Assembly: GCA_040954595.2 (NCBI GenBank) | Contig: CM082587.2 | Coordinates: 3,986,093-4,050,092 of the forward strand | Origin: Balanoglossus misakiensis | Taxonomy: Eukaryota; Animalia; Hemichordata | DNA: 64,000 nt | Direction of reading: 5' to 3' | Part shown: positions 35,901-49,652 of the stretch, piece by piece | How the letters are laid out: each line of letters opens with the position of its first letter | Position numbering within the stretch: position 1 is the first letter of the stretch | The notes under the pieces: generated by a model | The model's input: the letters and a program-made list of their open reading frames with translations, nothing else | Database searches by the model: none | What the model was told of the DNA's origin: nothing | Position numbers and translations under genes: made by a program

Positions 35901-38900
35901 AGCACTCTCTCAGAACAACACCGCATGTGGTGCTAGCAAACAACTCTTCATACTTACGGGTGCATCCTTCTCTGGTCAGGTTATAGAATCCTGGACGGCA
36001 CTGGTCACAATTCTGGCCGTACACTCCAGTTTTGCACGCACACTGACCGCCATACTGTGTACACTCATTACTCGTCGAATAGTTCAGGTTGCAACTACAT
36101 GCTGAAAAAAATAAAATATGACTTACAGTTACCGTACATGTCAGAAGTAACTCAGAATTCATGATTGTTCAAATGGAGAACAATTATCAAATACCCAATC
36201 AAGTGTAGAGCTTGGCTCAATGTCTATATCATTTATTACCACTCAATGTATGTATGGCATCTTGAGGAAGGGAACACTGTTTGTTGCAGAGAAACGTGTT
36301 ACTTACCAGCCCCTCCGTTGTTGAGTTCCATTGAGACGGAATAAGCAAGGTCCTCGCACAAAACATCTTGCGTGGCATCTAGCACAGTGGCCATGCTGCT
36401 GATATTACGCCGGCATTCTTCATACTGACTTCTCAGATCTTCGTCTATTAGTGAATATAATAAATATTGAAATGGGTATACTTAGAGCAGTGCAACAGTT
36501 ACACAGCCCAACCTAGAGAAAGCTGTCCTTTAGGAAGATAATAATATATTATATTAGCACATTTTCAGAACATGAATTTAATACCAGCTGTGCCACCTGC
36601 AGAGATTGCTCGTGTTTGGTTCTGTGAACACAGCCAACACTTGTAAGTAAATATCACATTTCACAAGAGTGCACGTCTTTCCAAATGAAACAGCTATAGC
36701 CCACTCGCAGCTGCCTTACCTGCTCTCTGATACACTTGGAAATCTGACAACACCGGCATCAGTATCAGTCCGTCGATGACGATGCTGTCACTGCCATCTC
36801 CTGAAGTGACAAGACTGAGGCGTGCACCGTAGTTGCACCTTCTGTCGAGATTGACCAGCCCGCTGCCGTCCAGTGGCATCCATGCAGCCCCCTCACTTGG
36901 CTGGAATTCAAGATTAATAGCCATAAGCTGTTCTATTGGCTGCGTGCACGTTGTTACCATCGGCGGTTCTGTGGTGTTGCCCCCGTTGAGATTCCCATTT
37001 TCTGTCAAGTCGATAACTTCCTGCAGCTTGTCCTGATGCAGGGTGTTCCCAACTACATTGATGGTCAACGTCGCCAGGAGCCAGTTCTCGGCAGATTCAT
37101 ACGAGTATCTGATAACAGGCTGGTAGGACCTAAAAGTCAAGATATAATCAACATCCAGTTTTACGAACAAACATGTATCATTTTGGGCTGCATTTCATTT
37201 CACTGTCCTACTCTAGTATAAATTTACCAAAAACTTGGAGTTTTCATAAAAAACATGGAAAATTCATGCAGTTTCCATCGACATACAAATTTTGGAGGTA
37301 AACAAATCTCATGGCGATTCAAACACAGGAAAGTACAGTCAATAATAGCAACTGCATCACACGTACTGAGTTTCTGACACGTAGGAGAATGCCATGATGT
37401 CGTCAAACTGGATGTACTGTCCGTCGGAACACCGTCTGTATCCAACACCAGTGTAGTCGATGGGCAGGTGGGAAAGTTGCTCACAGCTGGATTCGGCACC
37501 CCAGGCATCATAACTGGGAAGTTAATTAACACACGAGAGATGGAATTATCAAGGTACTGTACGGACATGCATAGCTGTCAAGGATGTGTAGAGCAGATGG
37601 AAAGAGGGATCGAGCTTGAGATACAATTGAAGAAAATAACACCATTATCACTGATACTGGTGCATCACTCCAGCAGGAGTTTAATATTTCTTGCTAATTC
37701 GTCTAGGTCTGTGAGATCTGGTACATAGACTATTACATCATACAAGTACCGGTATAGCACAGCCCAGCACATGATCAGAAACAGTCAGTAATGCTCCTTC
37801 CCCAATTATGGTAGTCAATGGAAGTTTGAAGATGGAGAGCAGGAGACCTTTAAGTGATTGGGTCTCTTGTCATATTATTACTCTCTCCCTCTCACCTGTT
37901 GGAGTCCAAATACTGATAGTAGTAGCCATCATCCACCTGGTTACACTGCTGTCCAATCAGGTTCGGACGACAGTCGCACAAACCCGATACTTTGTTGCAG
38001 GCAAAGGACACTGACCCTCCATAGTCACAGTTGCAAGGCAGACAGTCCTGGAGTGATTTGAAAGCACAAGATAAATGTCATTTCACTCGAATTTGCGTGG
38101 TGTGTATTATCTGACAACCATTCTGATGAGCTAGAAGAATAATATGCTCATCACTTGATGTACATTACCAAAATTATCCATGGCAATTCGCAAATGTACT
38201 TCACAAAAACTGAAAGCTAGTTGAACAGGCGTACAGTAACATACTACAATGTAAGCAACCAATTCTCCCACTGCGACAAAAGTGCACCACCACACAATCA
38301 TTTGAAAACTCACACCCGCCCTTTTGACCATATATAGGCATATGTAAATCAGAGGTAACAGCATACCATGTACTGTACTTACACTCTCAGTGGAGGTTGG
38401 AAACAGGAAGTACTCGTCCCTGCATTCACCACAATCTCTGGTATATGTGTTTGGTTTACAAGGACACTGTCCCTCTTCTTTCTCGCAGACGTTGCTTGCA
38501 TTCACTGTGCCCAGCAAGATGCATTGACAAGCTGAAAATAAAATCGGAAATCAGTCACTGAAAAGCCTGAATGTCTTCTACTGTTTTAAAATAGGTAAAC
38601 TGCTTTTTTGAATACTCATGCAACCAGCTATCAGTGTGGTGCTATATTTAACCACAGTCAATCTGATTTTGAACAACTGTACTATTTTGACATTCAGTCA
38701 AGTTTTGTCTCCTTGATGAACTCAGCGCTCGATATATCTCAGCTGACCCACCTTTGCAGACGCCGGGACTGTCGACCTGCAACAGCCCATAATAGTCGTC
38801 CACGCACTCATCACATCGCCTCCCCTGCACTTGTTCAATGCACGGGCACTGGCCGACGGGTTGGCCGAGCTCCACATTTGCATACTGCGAACACTCAGTG

Positions 38901-40468
38901 GAGTTGTCGCCTGATGGAACGGTTCCCAAGGGTTCGCACTCGCACACTGCGGATGAAGAGACGAGATTTCTCAATTTCTCTGGGTTTTTTTTATTATGGA
39001 CCTTGAAAAACATGCCTCTCTGTGTCTCTTGTACATTATGAGAATTTTGCGTGACACCTTTTGAAAATAGCTACATGTACCGGTATATTGATGACCACAT
39101 AATGGTACTTGCAAGGCTAAACATGTTATTTAACTGAATTTTACCTATTTTGAACATTCAGAGGCAACAGATTATAAATTCTGCAGGTAATTCCTATTAA
39201 CATCAAGTTCTCATTATGTAAAGCTGGCAATTGACAGTCGGCAGATCAAAATACCAGCAGCTTTCACTGAGTTACGTGTAGGGGTAGTTCAATCCATTTA
39301 AAATTCTTGATAAAACTACGACATTTTCAGAAACGACAGAAATGTTTAGAGTATATCAATTTCAAAATGATGTTTTTTTGTAGAATAGATTTAATTAAAT
39401 TTGGATATTTACACATGAGTTTAATTTACACGAAGGACAGTTTGTGTTTCAAATTAAAAAAAGATTAATGATTGAGTTGTGGAAAATTATGAATGTACAT
39501 ATCAATGTTGACTTTACTAAATTTACTATGATTAATTTTTTTTGCATATCAACGGTCAGTGACATTCTCTTTATCCATGGACCACAGCTGGTGACAGCCG
39601 GTTTGAGTTTGATTGTTGGGACAGTCATTACTCCAATGGCAAAATGCAGGGCACTGCACATGTGAGTCTTGCTTGCAGGAAGAAACCAAACCAGTACAAG
39701 TTGGTGTCTATGCAAAAACTGAAGTGTCTTGTTTTTCTAGTTAAAGCATATGCCAGGTGTTAACTTGTCAACAGGGAATGCCGTAAAAAGAAATTTTCTC
39801 TTTGGCATTTAAATTTTTAGCGTGGTAACTTTCAAACTCACCTATACAGACGTTGGGGCTAGCGGGAGACTCTGTGAGATTCCGGAAGTATCCCTCAATA
39901 CAGACATTGCAGAAGAGACCGGCTGTGTTGTCAAAGCAGTTCTCACACACTCCATGACCGAGGGTTGCGTTGTAGTAGCACGAATCTGCATGCTCGTTGC
40001 AGTCACACACTGTGAAAAGTTAAACAACGACATTTTTGACGATTTCTGTCTATACGGACCATCTTTAGAGGACCAACTTTGGATCAAACCATGGTGGTGG
40101 AAGGGTTAAGGATATTATCACTTACATGTACATGATGGCTGAAATAGCCAGCCCATAATATTTTATTCAGTGCTGATCAGAATGGAGTTCAAATCAGTGA
40201 TTGTCTTGAATCACGGAAATAGAAATCTACCTACTTTCGCATTCGTTAGCTTGACCTTCGTGAATCGGATTATAGATGCCCGGCTTCCAGGGTCGGTTAT
40301 TGTACAAAGGAAGACATTGGTCGCAGTTCCTGCCAGCCGTGTTGTGTTCACAGTTACAGACAGTTTCTGAGTCGTCTGATGTTCCGTTGCAAGAACTGGC
40401 ATGCTGGTTGCATTTACATCTGTCAGTAAAGGAAATGTTTGTTATTGTTGTTGTTTTTTGGGTGGTGG

Positions 40469-40529
<61 letters not shown>

Positions 40530-43500
40530 GATGCAGAATAAGACATTACTTTTTTTAAAAGAACAATGTCATGCAAACAGGCCTTACCTCAAATTGGAAT
40601 GAACGTTGGAAATGGCATAATAGTACTTTCGTAGGTTATTGAGGCTGCCAGAGAATTCTAAGCCATCCGTTGCGGGGTACAGCAACGTCAGACGCAGATC
40701 TGTGATATCGGCAAAATTCTGCATTTCATCCGTCACGTATTCCAGAAAGATTTGATCGGGGCTATCCGTTTCATTCACCAGCAACTCAAGCCTGCTGTTC
40801 AGGTCAAACTTGATCGTGCTCTGCACATTCGGATTACTGTAACTGTACTGTGTGGTACAGTACACCTCGGTCGCGTACGTGATGTCGCTGATTTCTTTGG
40901 CCGGCATGCCGAAGTCGCTGCAATCGCGGGCGTAGTATTGATAGGGCTGCCAGGTTTCGCCGAAGTCCCTCGACCTGTAGAGGACCATCTTCTGCGGCCT
41001 GGCCAATTGGAAGGTTATGATGATGTCGTCGAAGAGCTGGAAGGTCTTGTTGAAGGAGAACGTCACGTTGATGGGGAAGTCCGCGTTGAACTGGTAGTCC
41101 AACCAGGATCGCGACTGCCACCACGTGGGCTGGTCCTCGTCTACCTCGATGTCGGTCATGTACTCCGGCGGATGAGCTAACGCTAGATCGTTGGCGTCAC
41201 ACGTTTCGCACTGGTCTTCTGGCTGTGAGGACATGAATACACACACCCATAGGCAGTCAGTATTCACTATTGTGCAATACACAGTCCGTGCAGAAACTGA
41301 AATGCCCTGAGTGTTCTTATCTGATTTGCCAACACATGGCTAACAATGTGTTAGCCCAGGGCTAGCTAACCTTGTGTTATTGCTTTAATATGATATATCT
41401 CTGTGCAGCCTGTGCTATTAATATTCCATGCAGCCTTGCATACCCTTTACTATTGTTGTTTTATTTGTATGCTAACAACATACAACAGCAAGGAGCCAAA
41501 TTTTGCTAACCAGGGGTTAGCTGTGGGCGAATTGCAGTCTGATTCATCGCCACACATGAGTAAACAAACCACACCTTTCCTGATCAATTTCGATTCATTT
41601 GAGTCTTACGCACTACAACTGACAAAACACCATGATCGAATAATTCTCACAATCAATATGTAACACATGGTACTCGCGATAATCAGCTTTATCATTTTCC
41701 AACTGAATTGCTATGGTTGTGTTGATATGGTAACGATTATACCGTGTCATATTTGTATGTACCATGCGACGATGGTTTCCAAGGGTGTGGTTGTTGTGAA
41801 ATTTCTTTGGGTTGTTCAATGGTATTTTTAAAGCGTTGTACTATTTGAATGACTCAAAAAAGGTGGTGGAGCAGTGAAGACACATGTATATTTCTCACAT
41901 AATATCTGTGTGTCAATCAAGATTGCAATAAGCTGATTTATGGATCAGGTTGACTGTATATTCCATCCTTGTGTAGCATAATTTCCCGAAAACGTGTATA
42001 TTTCACAACAAGCATGAAGACTGGCTCATGTTATATGTATGTATACATTTGTTTATGAAACCAGTTTAAATTCACGTTTTTGGCAAAATTACTGGTATGT
42101 ATTGGCATATGGTGATACCGTACGTGAACATGAACATTTGTATTGTTGGTTGCCTCGGCTTTCAATTCATGTCAAATTATTTCTGCTTTTTTTACAAAAA
42201 AGATATTTTTGGAAGCGTACATCATCGGTACTGCACAGCTGTGCCTTCATCTATTATTATTAAGTGGCATTACCGTTTTTGTGAGATTAATTACACACGT
42301 ATTGTGGGATCAAGCAATCAAGTACCCATTAATTAATAGTGTACAAAATCAATAGCCTCAGACTAGACGGCCGCACTTGACACTGTAATTGATAAATTTC
42401 ACACTTAGGCATGTTTCATCTTGGTGAAAAAAGTAAAAGTGCAAAAGTACCGGTATAAATATCACTTTGCAATATGGCGCCTGCACTGGTTGACCTTATT
42501 ACTGTTTATAAATGCGTTGTTCTTTTAATACACACCCATTCAGAAGGGATGAGGTGGCTGGTTTTGAATGGGAAAGTTCACAAGCGGTAACAACCACACC
42601 ACAGTATTTCACTATGTAGATATGTGCGTGAAATTGGCAAATGTCAAAATTCGGCCAATGACAATATATGTATTTCCTACTTAATAACCAATATCAATAA
42701 ACTGTTGATTTCATCTGAAACTGAAGCAAAATCGATATTTTAAAAAATAATCTGTTGACCAACCCCTTTTTGTCTAAACTACAGTACAAAGACAAGAAGC
42801 AATGTCATAAAATGATGTACAATCCCGTCCCTTAACAAAAAAGATAGTTTTACTCTAATACGGTGCAAAACATCACTTGATGTGTTTTAATTTCCAACCA
42901 CCAGAGTGGGTGGAAAAGTGTTTGTAATCACACAGCACCAGCTGATGCCGTTCTACAATAGAGGTGAGATTCCGGTCTGACAATGCATTGAACCACAGCA
43001 TCTATTTCCACTGTTCAAATTATAAATACAACGTTTGAGTGCAATAGTATCCAATATGTCACACTGCACATGCATAAAAGCAAGCTGAAATTTAATGTGA
43101 GCATAACCTGAAGCCCAAGGGAAAAAAAATTGCAAGTTCGAATTACATTCCGTCAGGTACATTTACAAACGCCTGTTCGAAACTTGGCACACACAATGTG
43201 ATGTACATGTACAGACATGCACAACAGCTAGGAAAGTCTACACAGGAGTTAACTAAGCCACTTAGTTGAAAGTCTATGCACCAGTGGTTGAATGAAGTCA
43301 GTGATAATATTTTCTATTGCACTAATGAAAAGAGTAGCTCATGCAATTAGTGATAAAACTGGGGTTGTTATGATTTATTTTACAAGGCATCTACAACAAA
43401 ATTGAGCGACTTTTGTCTCCAAAAGATGATGTTTTATATTTGGCCGACTCCCTCAGGAAAATACTTAAATGCAAAGTGTTGGATGCCGGTTTTATTTGTA

Positions 43501-44464
43501 GAATAACTCTCATCCACGAAATGTTACTTTCCAAAAATACGCTGGTGCTGAAATGTATGTATTTTTGACCACACCCAACAATGCCCTCTGTGGTGTTATA
43601 TGAGTCAATGGGTGGGGTTGTTTTACATCAATTTCAAATGATGACACCATAGATGTTTTGGTTTCCATGGATACCAGTCTTGTGCTAATAATAACTTTCA
43701 ACTTCATTAAACTGCATGAATTGAAGATACAGTACAATAAACAACCAAGTATCAAACTTAATAACCAATTAACTTATTAATAACATTTTCATAAACTGTG
43801 TTATCTCATTCATCACCACTGGAGTTCTGCAACAGGATGTCTATAGCAGGACGATATGTAATTATGGTACAATGTGAAATACTTTATTACTTGAAAACAT
43901 AAATTGTCTTTTAACTACATGTGTACGTTAGTTGCCATGGTTACCATAGTAACAAAATGTCCCAAACCGCCTTAACCTGTGATCACTTGTTGACACATTG
44001 CCTTAAGTTACAGGATTTATCATGATGTGTTACCATGGTTACAGACTTTCCAAGACAATAAACATGTTTCAATTGCATACTCAATAGGATAAATTTAAAT
44101 AAATAGATAGATATTGAACAGGGGAAAATGAGGCAGAAATGTTAGGTTTCCATCAATGAATATGGTGAATACATACCCGATCCCAAAGATGACAAAAAAT
44201 GTTCCCTTCAGTGTCTTCGTCGTAACCGCACGTACTATTGGCAGGATCGACTGATGTTTCCACATAAATATTTTCCAGGAAAACATTCGGAACGATGCAA
44301 TCGGAATAGGTAATCACGCCGTCGGCTGATATTGTCTGACAATCCTTTTGGGTCCATATCACGGGAGTATATATTAAAAATACCAGCACAAACGCCCAGC
44401 GTTTACCAGTGCATTCACACGGTGGGCAGATGAAATTGAAACTGCAGCCGGTGCCAGCCGCCAT
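29984..44464 (-). CDS. Laminin chain of beta/gamma-like architecture: LN - LE repeats - IV-B(LF)-like - LE - IV-A(L4) - LE - coiled coil, no LG domains
   Basis: Exon 1 is 44464-44177. LN exon 41222-40588 ([30 protein letters not shown]). LE exons at ~40419-40232, 40009-39842, 38948-38752, 38531-38383, 38043-37896. Beta-type domain IV region at ~37467-36308. LE exons at 36101-34958. L4 ([15 protein letters not shown]) at 34738-33942. LE exons at 33813-33206. Heptad-rich exons from 33015 to 29984. Confidence 0.88.
40075..40109. mobile_element. Partial or decayed copy of the TTAA MITE (right end)
   Basis: GGATCAAACCATGGTGGTGGAAGGGTTAA matches the right end of copies 1-3. Confidence 0.55.
40469..40533. 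repeat. (GAT)n microsatellite, laminin intron
   Basis: GAT run with one GGT interruption; source of the spurious poly-Met ORF. Confidence 0.9.
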
Positions 44465-45361
44465 ATTGTTGTGATGGGAAAGATGTTCTCGCTTTCAAAC
44501 GCGATCGACAGAGGCTTTTCGTAAAACCGGTGACTATTTTCGCAGCATTCACCTCGTTAGTGACAAATCCTTCAGTGAATTAAATTCCATTCAGCAAATT
44601 ATTTCCGTGTTCCCTCATCAGAGGTGTGACCCTGAGTTCATCATTTGCAGCGGATAAAGCCATGCGACGTAAACATAATGATGATGCGAACTCCATCAGA
44701 CCGCGGAGCCAAAATCCTAACAACAGAGAGGAAGCAAATATATATTTATTGGCAGATTCCAGTGTTGCATACGATATACAATTAGGCAGGCATATGTATC
44801 TGTTGCTGTTCGATACTATGAAAACTCCATAATACTTAACAGTACAGTACTAAAAACCTGAAAAATAATCGATCGTTCGCTCCGAGTCAATGCACAGTAG
44901 CCATTGCACAGTAGCTGTGAACTGAAAAAGCATCTATACAAAAGAAATGATGTACAATGTGCATTTATCAGAATATAGCATTGAATAATTTGTGCCCTAT
45001 CCCTATACTTACAGAACAGTGGGTTCATCGGAACGCCTCACAATTTACTAGGCTACTTCCGCATATAACTCCCGAGATCGTCTGCAAATTCATTGAGTAA
45101 TTTACTATACTGTACGTACAGTTACGTGGCTTGTTTCATTGCACAACTACAGCCATTGAACCTTTCAAAAGGGACGGCACCAAGCCGCCGTTTCATTGGT
45201 CGAGCGCTAATTAATAAGAGTGGGAGGTAGTTTGGGAGAATTCGAATTCTGATCAGATGTGATGGAGAGGTGGCCTTGGTTTTATTGTTTATAAAATCAT
45301 AAAATCGGATATATAGATAGTGAACTTGAGTTAGTTGTTTGGAAGCTAGCAAATGCCAATT

Positions 45362-45959
45362 TATTTAAGCAATAAAACACCCCCAGCCATGGTATACCAC
45401 GAGATTTTGACCAGTTCACGACATATACGCACGAGCGATAGCGAGTGCGTATATGGATTATATGCGCTATTATATTATGCCAGTATATTGAAACTTTGCA
45501 TGAAACATTTTAAAAAGGCATTTTCTTTAACTATGATATATGACTGTGGTATATGGCTAATATATCACGGTCACGTGTCGTGTCTCGACCAATCAAATAG
45601 CGTGATTTACACCATCAATATACTGGTATAATATAATCAACATTATATTATACCAGTATATTGATGGTGTAAATCACGCTATTTGATTGGTCGAGACACG
45701 ACACGTGACCGTGATATATTAGCCATATACCACAGTCATATATCATAGTCAAAGAAAATGCCTTTTTAAAATGTTTTATGCAAAGTTTCAATATACTGGC
45801 ATAATATAATAGCAATAAAACACCCCCAGCCATGGTATACCACTCGATTTTGACCAGTTCAACTCCATATACGCACTCGCTATCGCTCGTGCATATATGT
45901 CGTGAACTGGTCAAAATCTCGTGGTATACCATGGCTGGGGGTGCTTTATTGCTTAAATA
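45362..45959. repeat. ~600-bp nested inverted repeat (foldback / MITE-like)
   Basis: 45466-45637 is the near-perfect reverse complement of 45642-45813 (4-nt loop CAAC). 45362-45457 is the reverse complement of 45864-45959. 45811-45861 also pairs with ~45903-45953. Confidence 0.9.
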
Positions 45960-46187
45960 TTTGATAGTATACATCAACAGCATCAACAACAACAATAATA
46001 TAATAATAACAATGCTTATATAAAACAAACTAATGATGGTTTTTCTTGGTGTGACAATATTGCGCTTTTTCATGAAAATTGTCAAAGATAGGCCTAGGCC
46101 TAGTCGGCCAGTACATTGACAGTGACCCGAAACGGGGTTAGCGGCTTGTGACCTTTCAGCCTCGATGTGGACTGAAGGTCAAGCAAT

Positions 46188-47568
46188 ATGGCGGCCCGCA
46201 TTGCGAGGAGGGCTGCTCACATTTCTGGAATTAACTGCTGTAGTTTCAGGTAAGTTTCTGTTTTCCATTCTTTAACGCTATTGGGAAAATGTGAAAGTCA
46301 CATATTTTCACCGAATTAAGCATTGTCGATGACTGTACGACGCGATGATTAAGTGTAGAGTGGTGATTCGGTGAACGCGAAGAGCCGGTGAGACTGAGAG
46401 TGCACAATCTGAATGGGTCGGCTCGCGGCCACACCATCAGGAAGACGTCACGTATCATGGTGGCACCACATCTGCGCGACTGCATCAAAAGTCACAGGCT
46501 CGCATTGTATTGTACCGCAGAATCATATCTACGGAATGTGGACGGGGATCTATTACATGTTGTAGTGTAGGCTGTAGATAGTACATCAGCCTTGGATGAT
46601 GTAACTTTTTTATGAATACCATGTAAGCGCACCAAAGGTACCATGCGCGTTGAGGATGGTGGAGAATATGTGCCAAATCTCTAATCGCAGAAGTAATACA
46701 TATAATACAATGCACATTGTATTTTACACAGATCTGGAAAGAACCATTTACGGAAATTTTGCAGTTCTGTCGGAGGTGTGGAAACGACACCATTGACACA
46801 AACGTTGCCAGGGTTACCTCAGCCAGTGTATGCCACCAGCACAGATCATGTCCATGACACTTACGTGACAACCCTGTCCAATGGGTTAAAGGTCACGTCG
46901 CAGAATAAATTTGGTCAGTTTAGCACTTTAGGAGGTATGTAGTCTTTTGCCATTGAATAGCTTTGTGTTTTTACGTGTTATCCAGAGATTCTCTTGTCCC
47001 GGAGAAGGCACAGCTTTGACAGTGAAAAGTGTAGTTTGATGCTGAACTGAGAAGTTCTCTTTAAAGTTTTAATGATCATTAACCACTCTTTTGTTTTCTC
47101 TCTACCCTCAACTTCTGTCTGCCCGTGAATAGTTTTTGTAGATGCCGGATCAAGATATGAAATTTCCTGCAAAAGTGGAGTCTCCCATTTCTTGGAGAAG
47201 CTCTCTTTCATGGTGGGTTGTGAACCTTTTTTTGTTAGCGCAGTTCGTATTAGGAGACAGCTGTTCAATATATTCCCAAACTTCAACACTGTAATAATAT
47301 AAGTTTGATATTTTTGATCTTAAAAATTATATGCATATGGTAAGGTCCAATGTTCAAATATCTGTGTACTCTATTCACAGTCTTCGTCGAAGTACGAAAG
47401 CAGAGATGACATTATGCAAGTTTTGGAGAAATACGGTGGGATTGTTGACAGCCAGTCATCAAGGTGAGTGTCTGCCTGAAATGTTTTGTGGTATAACTCC
47501 ATTACCTCTGCACGCTAACTGTGTCATGTGGATGCCATTATGATGATGATGATGGTGATGATGATGAC

Positions 47569-47611
<43 letters not shown>

Positions 47612-49652
47612 TAATTGTTGACAGGGATACCATGGTGTATGCCATGTCTGTGGAGAGGACTGGACTTGAGGCGGGTGTTGGCGTGTTAGCAGACGTCGTT
47701 CAACAACCAAGGCTCACACTGGAGGAGGTAACATACATTCATTCATACACAGTTTGTAACATAGCTTTGGTGCCACCCGTTTGACTAAAACAGATACGCA
47801 TCTCAAAATGTATATTTGGATCAACTTAGTTTTTCCTCCCTTATCTTCCAGATTGAATTGGCTGCATTAACAATCCAGTTTGAGTTGGAGAGTCTCCAAC
47901 TAAGACCAGACCCTGAACCGTTGCTAACGGAGATGATTCATGCGGTATGTACATGTGGTTGTCGACTTTGCCATCGTTTGACTGACCTGGCATTTTGGTA
48001 GAATAAGAAACCAGAGTTGATACATAGTAGAAAAAAATACCCATGAAAATAACCATTGCTTGATTGGTTGGTTGGTTAGACTGAATTAACCTACTTCACC
48101 TTATTTTGAACTCATCATTTTCGTACATAATGAAAAGTGCCAAATCTTTCCCCTACAGGCTGCCTTCAGTAAAAACACACTGGGACTGCCCAGGTTCTGC
48201 CCGCAGGAAAACGTGAACGCCATCGACAGAACGGACATCCTGAATTTCTTGTACAACTATTTCGCACCGTCGAGAACCGTGGTGGCAGGCGTCGGGATGG
48301 AGCACAGCGAACTTGTGGATATGGTGGAGAGGCACTTTCTGGCGGAGAAGCCGGTCTGGCAACGAGAGTTCGATGCCAGTGTGAGCCTAGGAGTAGATCA
48401 TTCAATATCGCAGTACACTGGAGGCATTGTCACTGTGAGTTCACGTCTGTGCATCGTACTTGCAACCCCTTGCTTGTGTTGACTGATCATGAAATGGAGG
48501 AATATCCGCGATCGCAGACAAGAGTGATCTGGCTTCTAATCTGTATTCTATTTTTTTTTAAATTTTCCATGGTCTTTCCCGTTTTTCTATTCAGGAGGAA
48601 CGTGACATGGCCAACATTGCACCCGGAACACCCATTCCGGAGTTAGCGCACATCGTCCTGGCCATGGAAAGCTGCGGCCACAAGGAGGACGACTTCATTC
48701 CCTTCGCCGTGCTGAACATGATGATGGGAGGGGGCGGCTCCTTCTCTGCTGGGGGTCCCGGCAAGGGAATGTACACGCGGCTGTATCTGAACGTGTTGAA
48801 TCGCTACCACTGGATGTACAGTGCCACAGCCCTCCATCACAGCTACGAGGACAGTGGTATTTTCTGCATACATGCCAGTGCCAATCCTACAATGGTGAGA
48901 ATGTGTTAAAAATTTCTAGTGGGCTCCAGGAACTCTTCTCAAGTAGTGAAATGATTCATTGTCTCTCTTTCTCTCTCATTTCAGTTGAAAGATTTGGTCG
49001 AAATCATCATCAGAGAGTTTGTCAACATGACAGGCAAAGTTGAATCAGTAAGTAGACAAATTTTAAAGCATGAAGTTCAGGGCACACATACAACCTCCCA
49101 TCCGAGTTTGCAGTTAGCATGCGCACTCGGATGACTCCCAGTGAAAGTTTGGCTCAAACATTTTGATATTCTATCATTGCAGATGGAACTGTTGAGAGCC
49201 AAGACCCAATTGAAGTCTATGCTAATGATGAATCTGGAATCCAGGCCCATTGTCTTTGAAGATGTCGGCAGACAGGTCTTGGCCATGGGATACAGAAAAC
49301 AACCAGAAGAATTCTGTCGGCTCATAGGTATACACTTTGAGAAATCCTCTTGGCATTGTATTTGAGCATGCGTATTTCTTTGCATGTTCCGAAGGATTTG
49401 CCATCAGACTGTACAACTGGGCAATCAAATATGTGGACAGAGATCACTATCTTTTTCGCTTCCCTTTGTGTGTCCACAGACAACGTAACTGAAGATGACA
49501 TCATGCGCGTGGCCAACAGAATGCTGAGGACGAAGCCATCCGTGGCTGCCATGGGCAACCTGAAAAAGCTCCCGGAATACGAAGACATCCAGGCTGGCCT
49601 GGCCAGCAAGAACGGCCGCCTGCCAAGAAGATTCTCCCTCTTCAGGAACTGA
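46188..49652 (+). CDS. PMPCA: Mitochondrial processing peptidase alpha subunit
   Basis: Arg-rich presequence [11 protein letters not shown]; [12 protein letters not shown]; [17 protein letters not shown]; [14 protein letters not shown]; glycine-rich loop [23 protein letters not shown]; [18 protein letters not shown]; exons from 46188-46249 to 49480-49652. Confidence 0.95.
47540..47611. repeat. (GAT)n microsatellite, PMPCA intron
   Basis: Imperfect GAT run; source of the spurious poly-His and poly-Asp ORFs. Confidence 0.9.

Noticed and set aside
40276-40602. Poly-Met ORF
   Set aside because: Antisense read-through of an intronic (GAT)n repeat
29984-44464. Calling this gene plain LAMC1, netrin or a laminin alpha
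   Set aside because: It has an extra beta-type domain, a long coiled coil (not netrin) and no LG domains (not alpha)
45353-46085. Pair of near-identical ORFs on opposite strands (..PPAMVYHEILTSSRH..)
   Set aside because: A consequence of the palindrome; no coding signature
47459-47784. Poly-His and poly-Asp ORFs
   Set aside because: Translations of an intronic (GAT)n microsatellite in PMPCA
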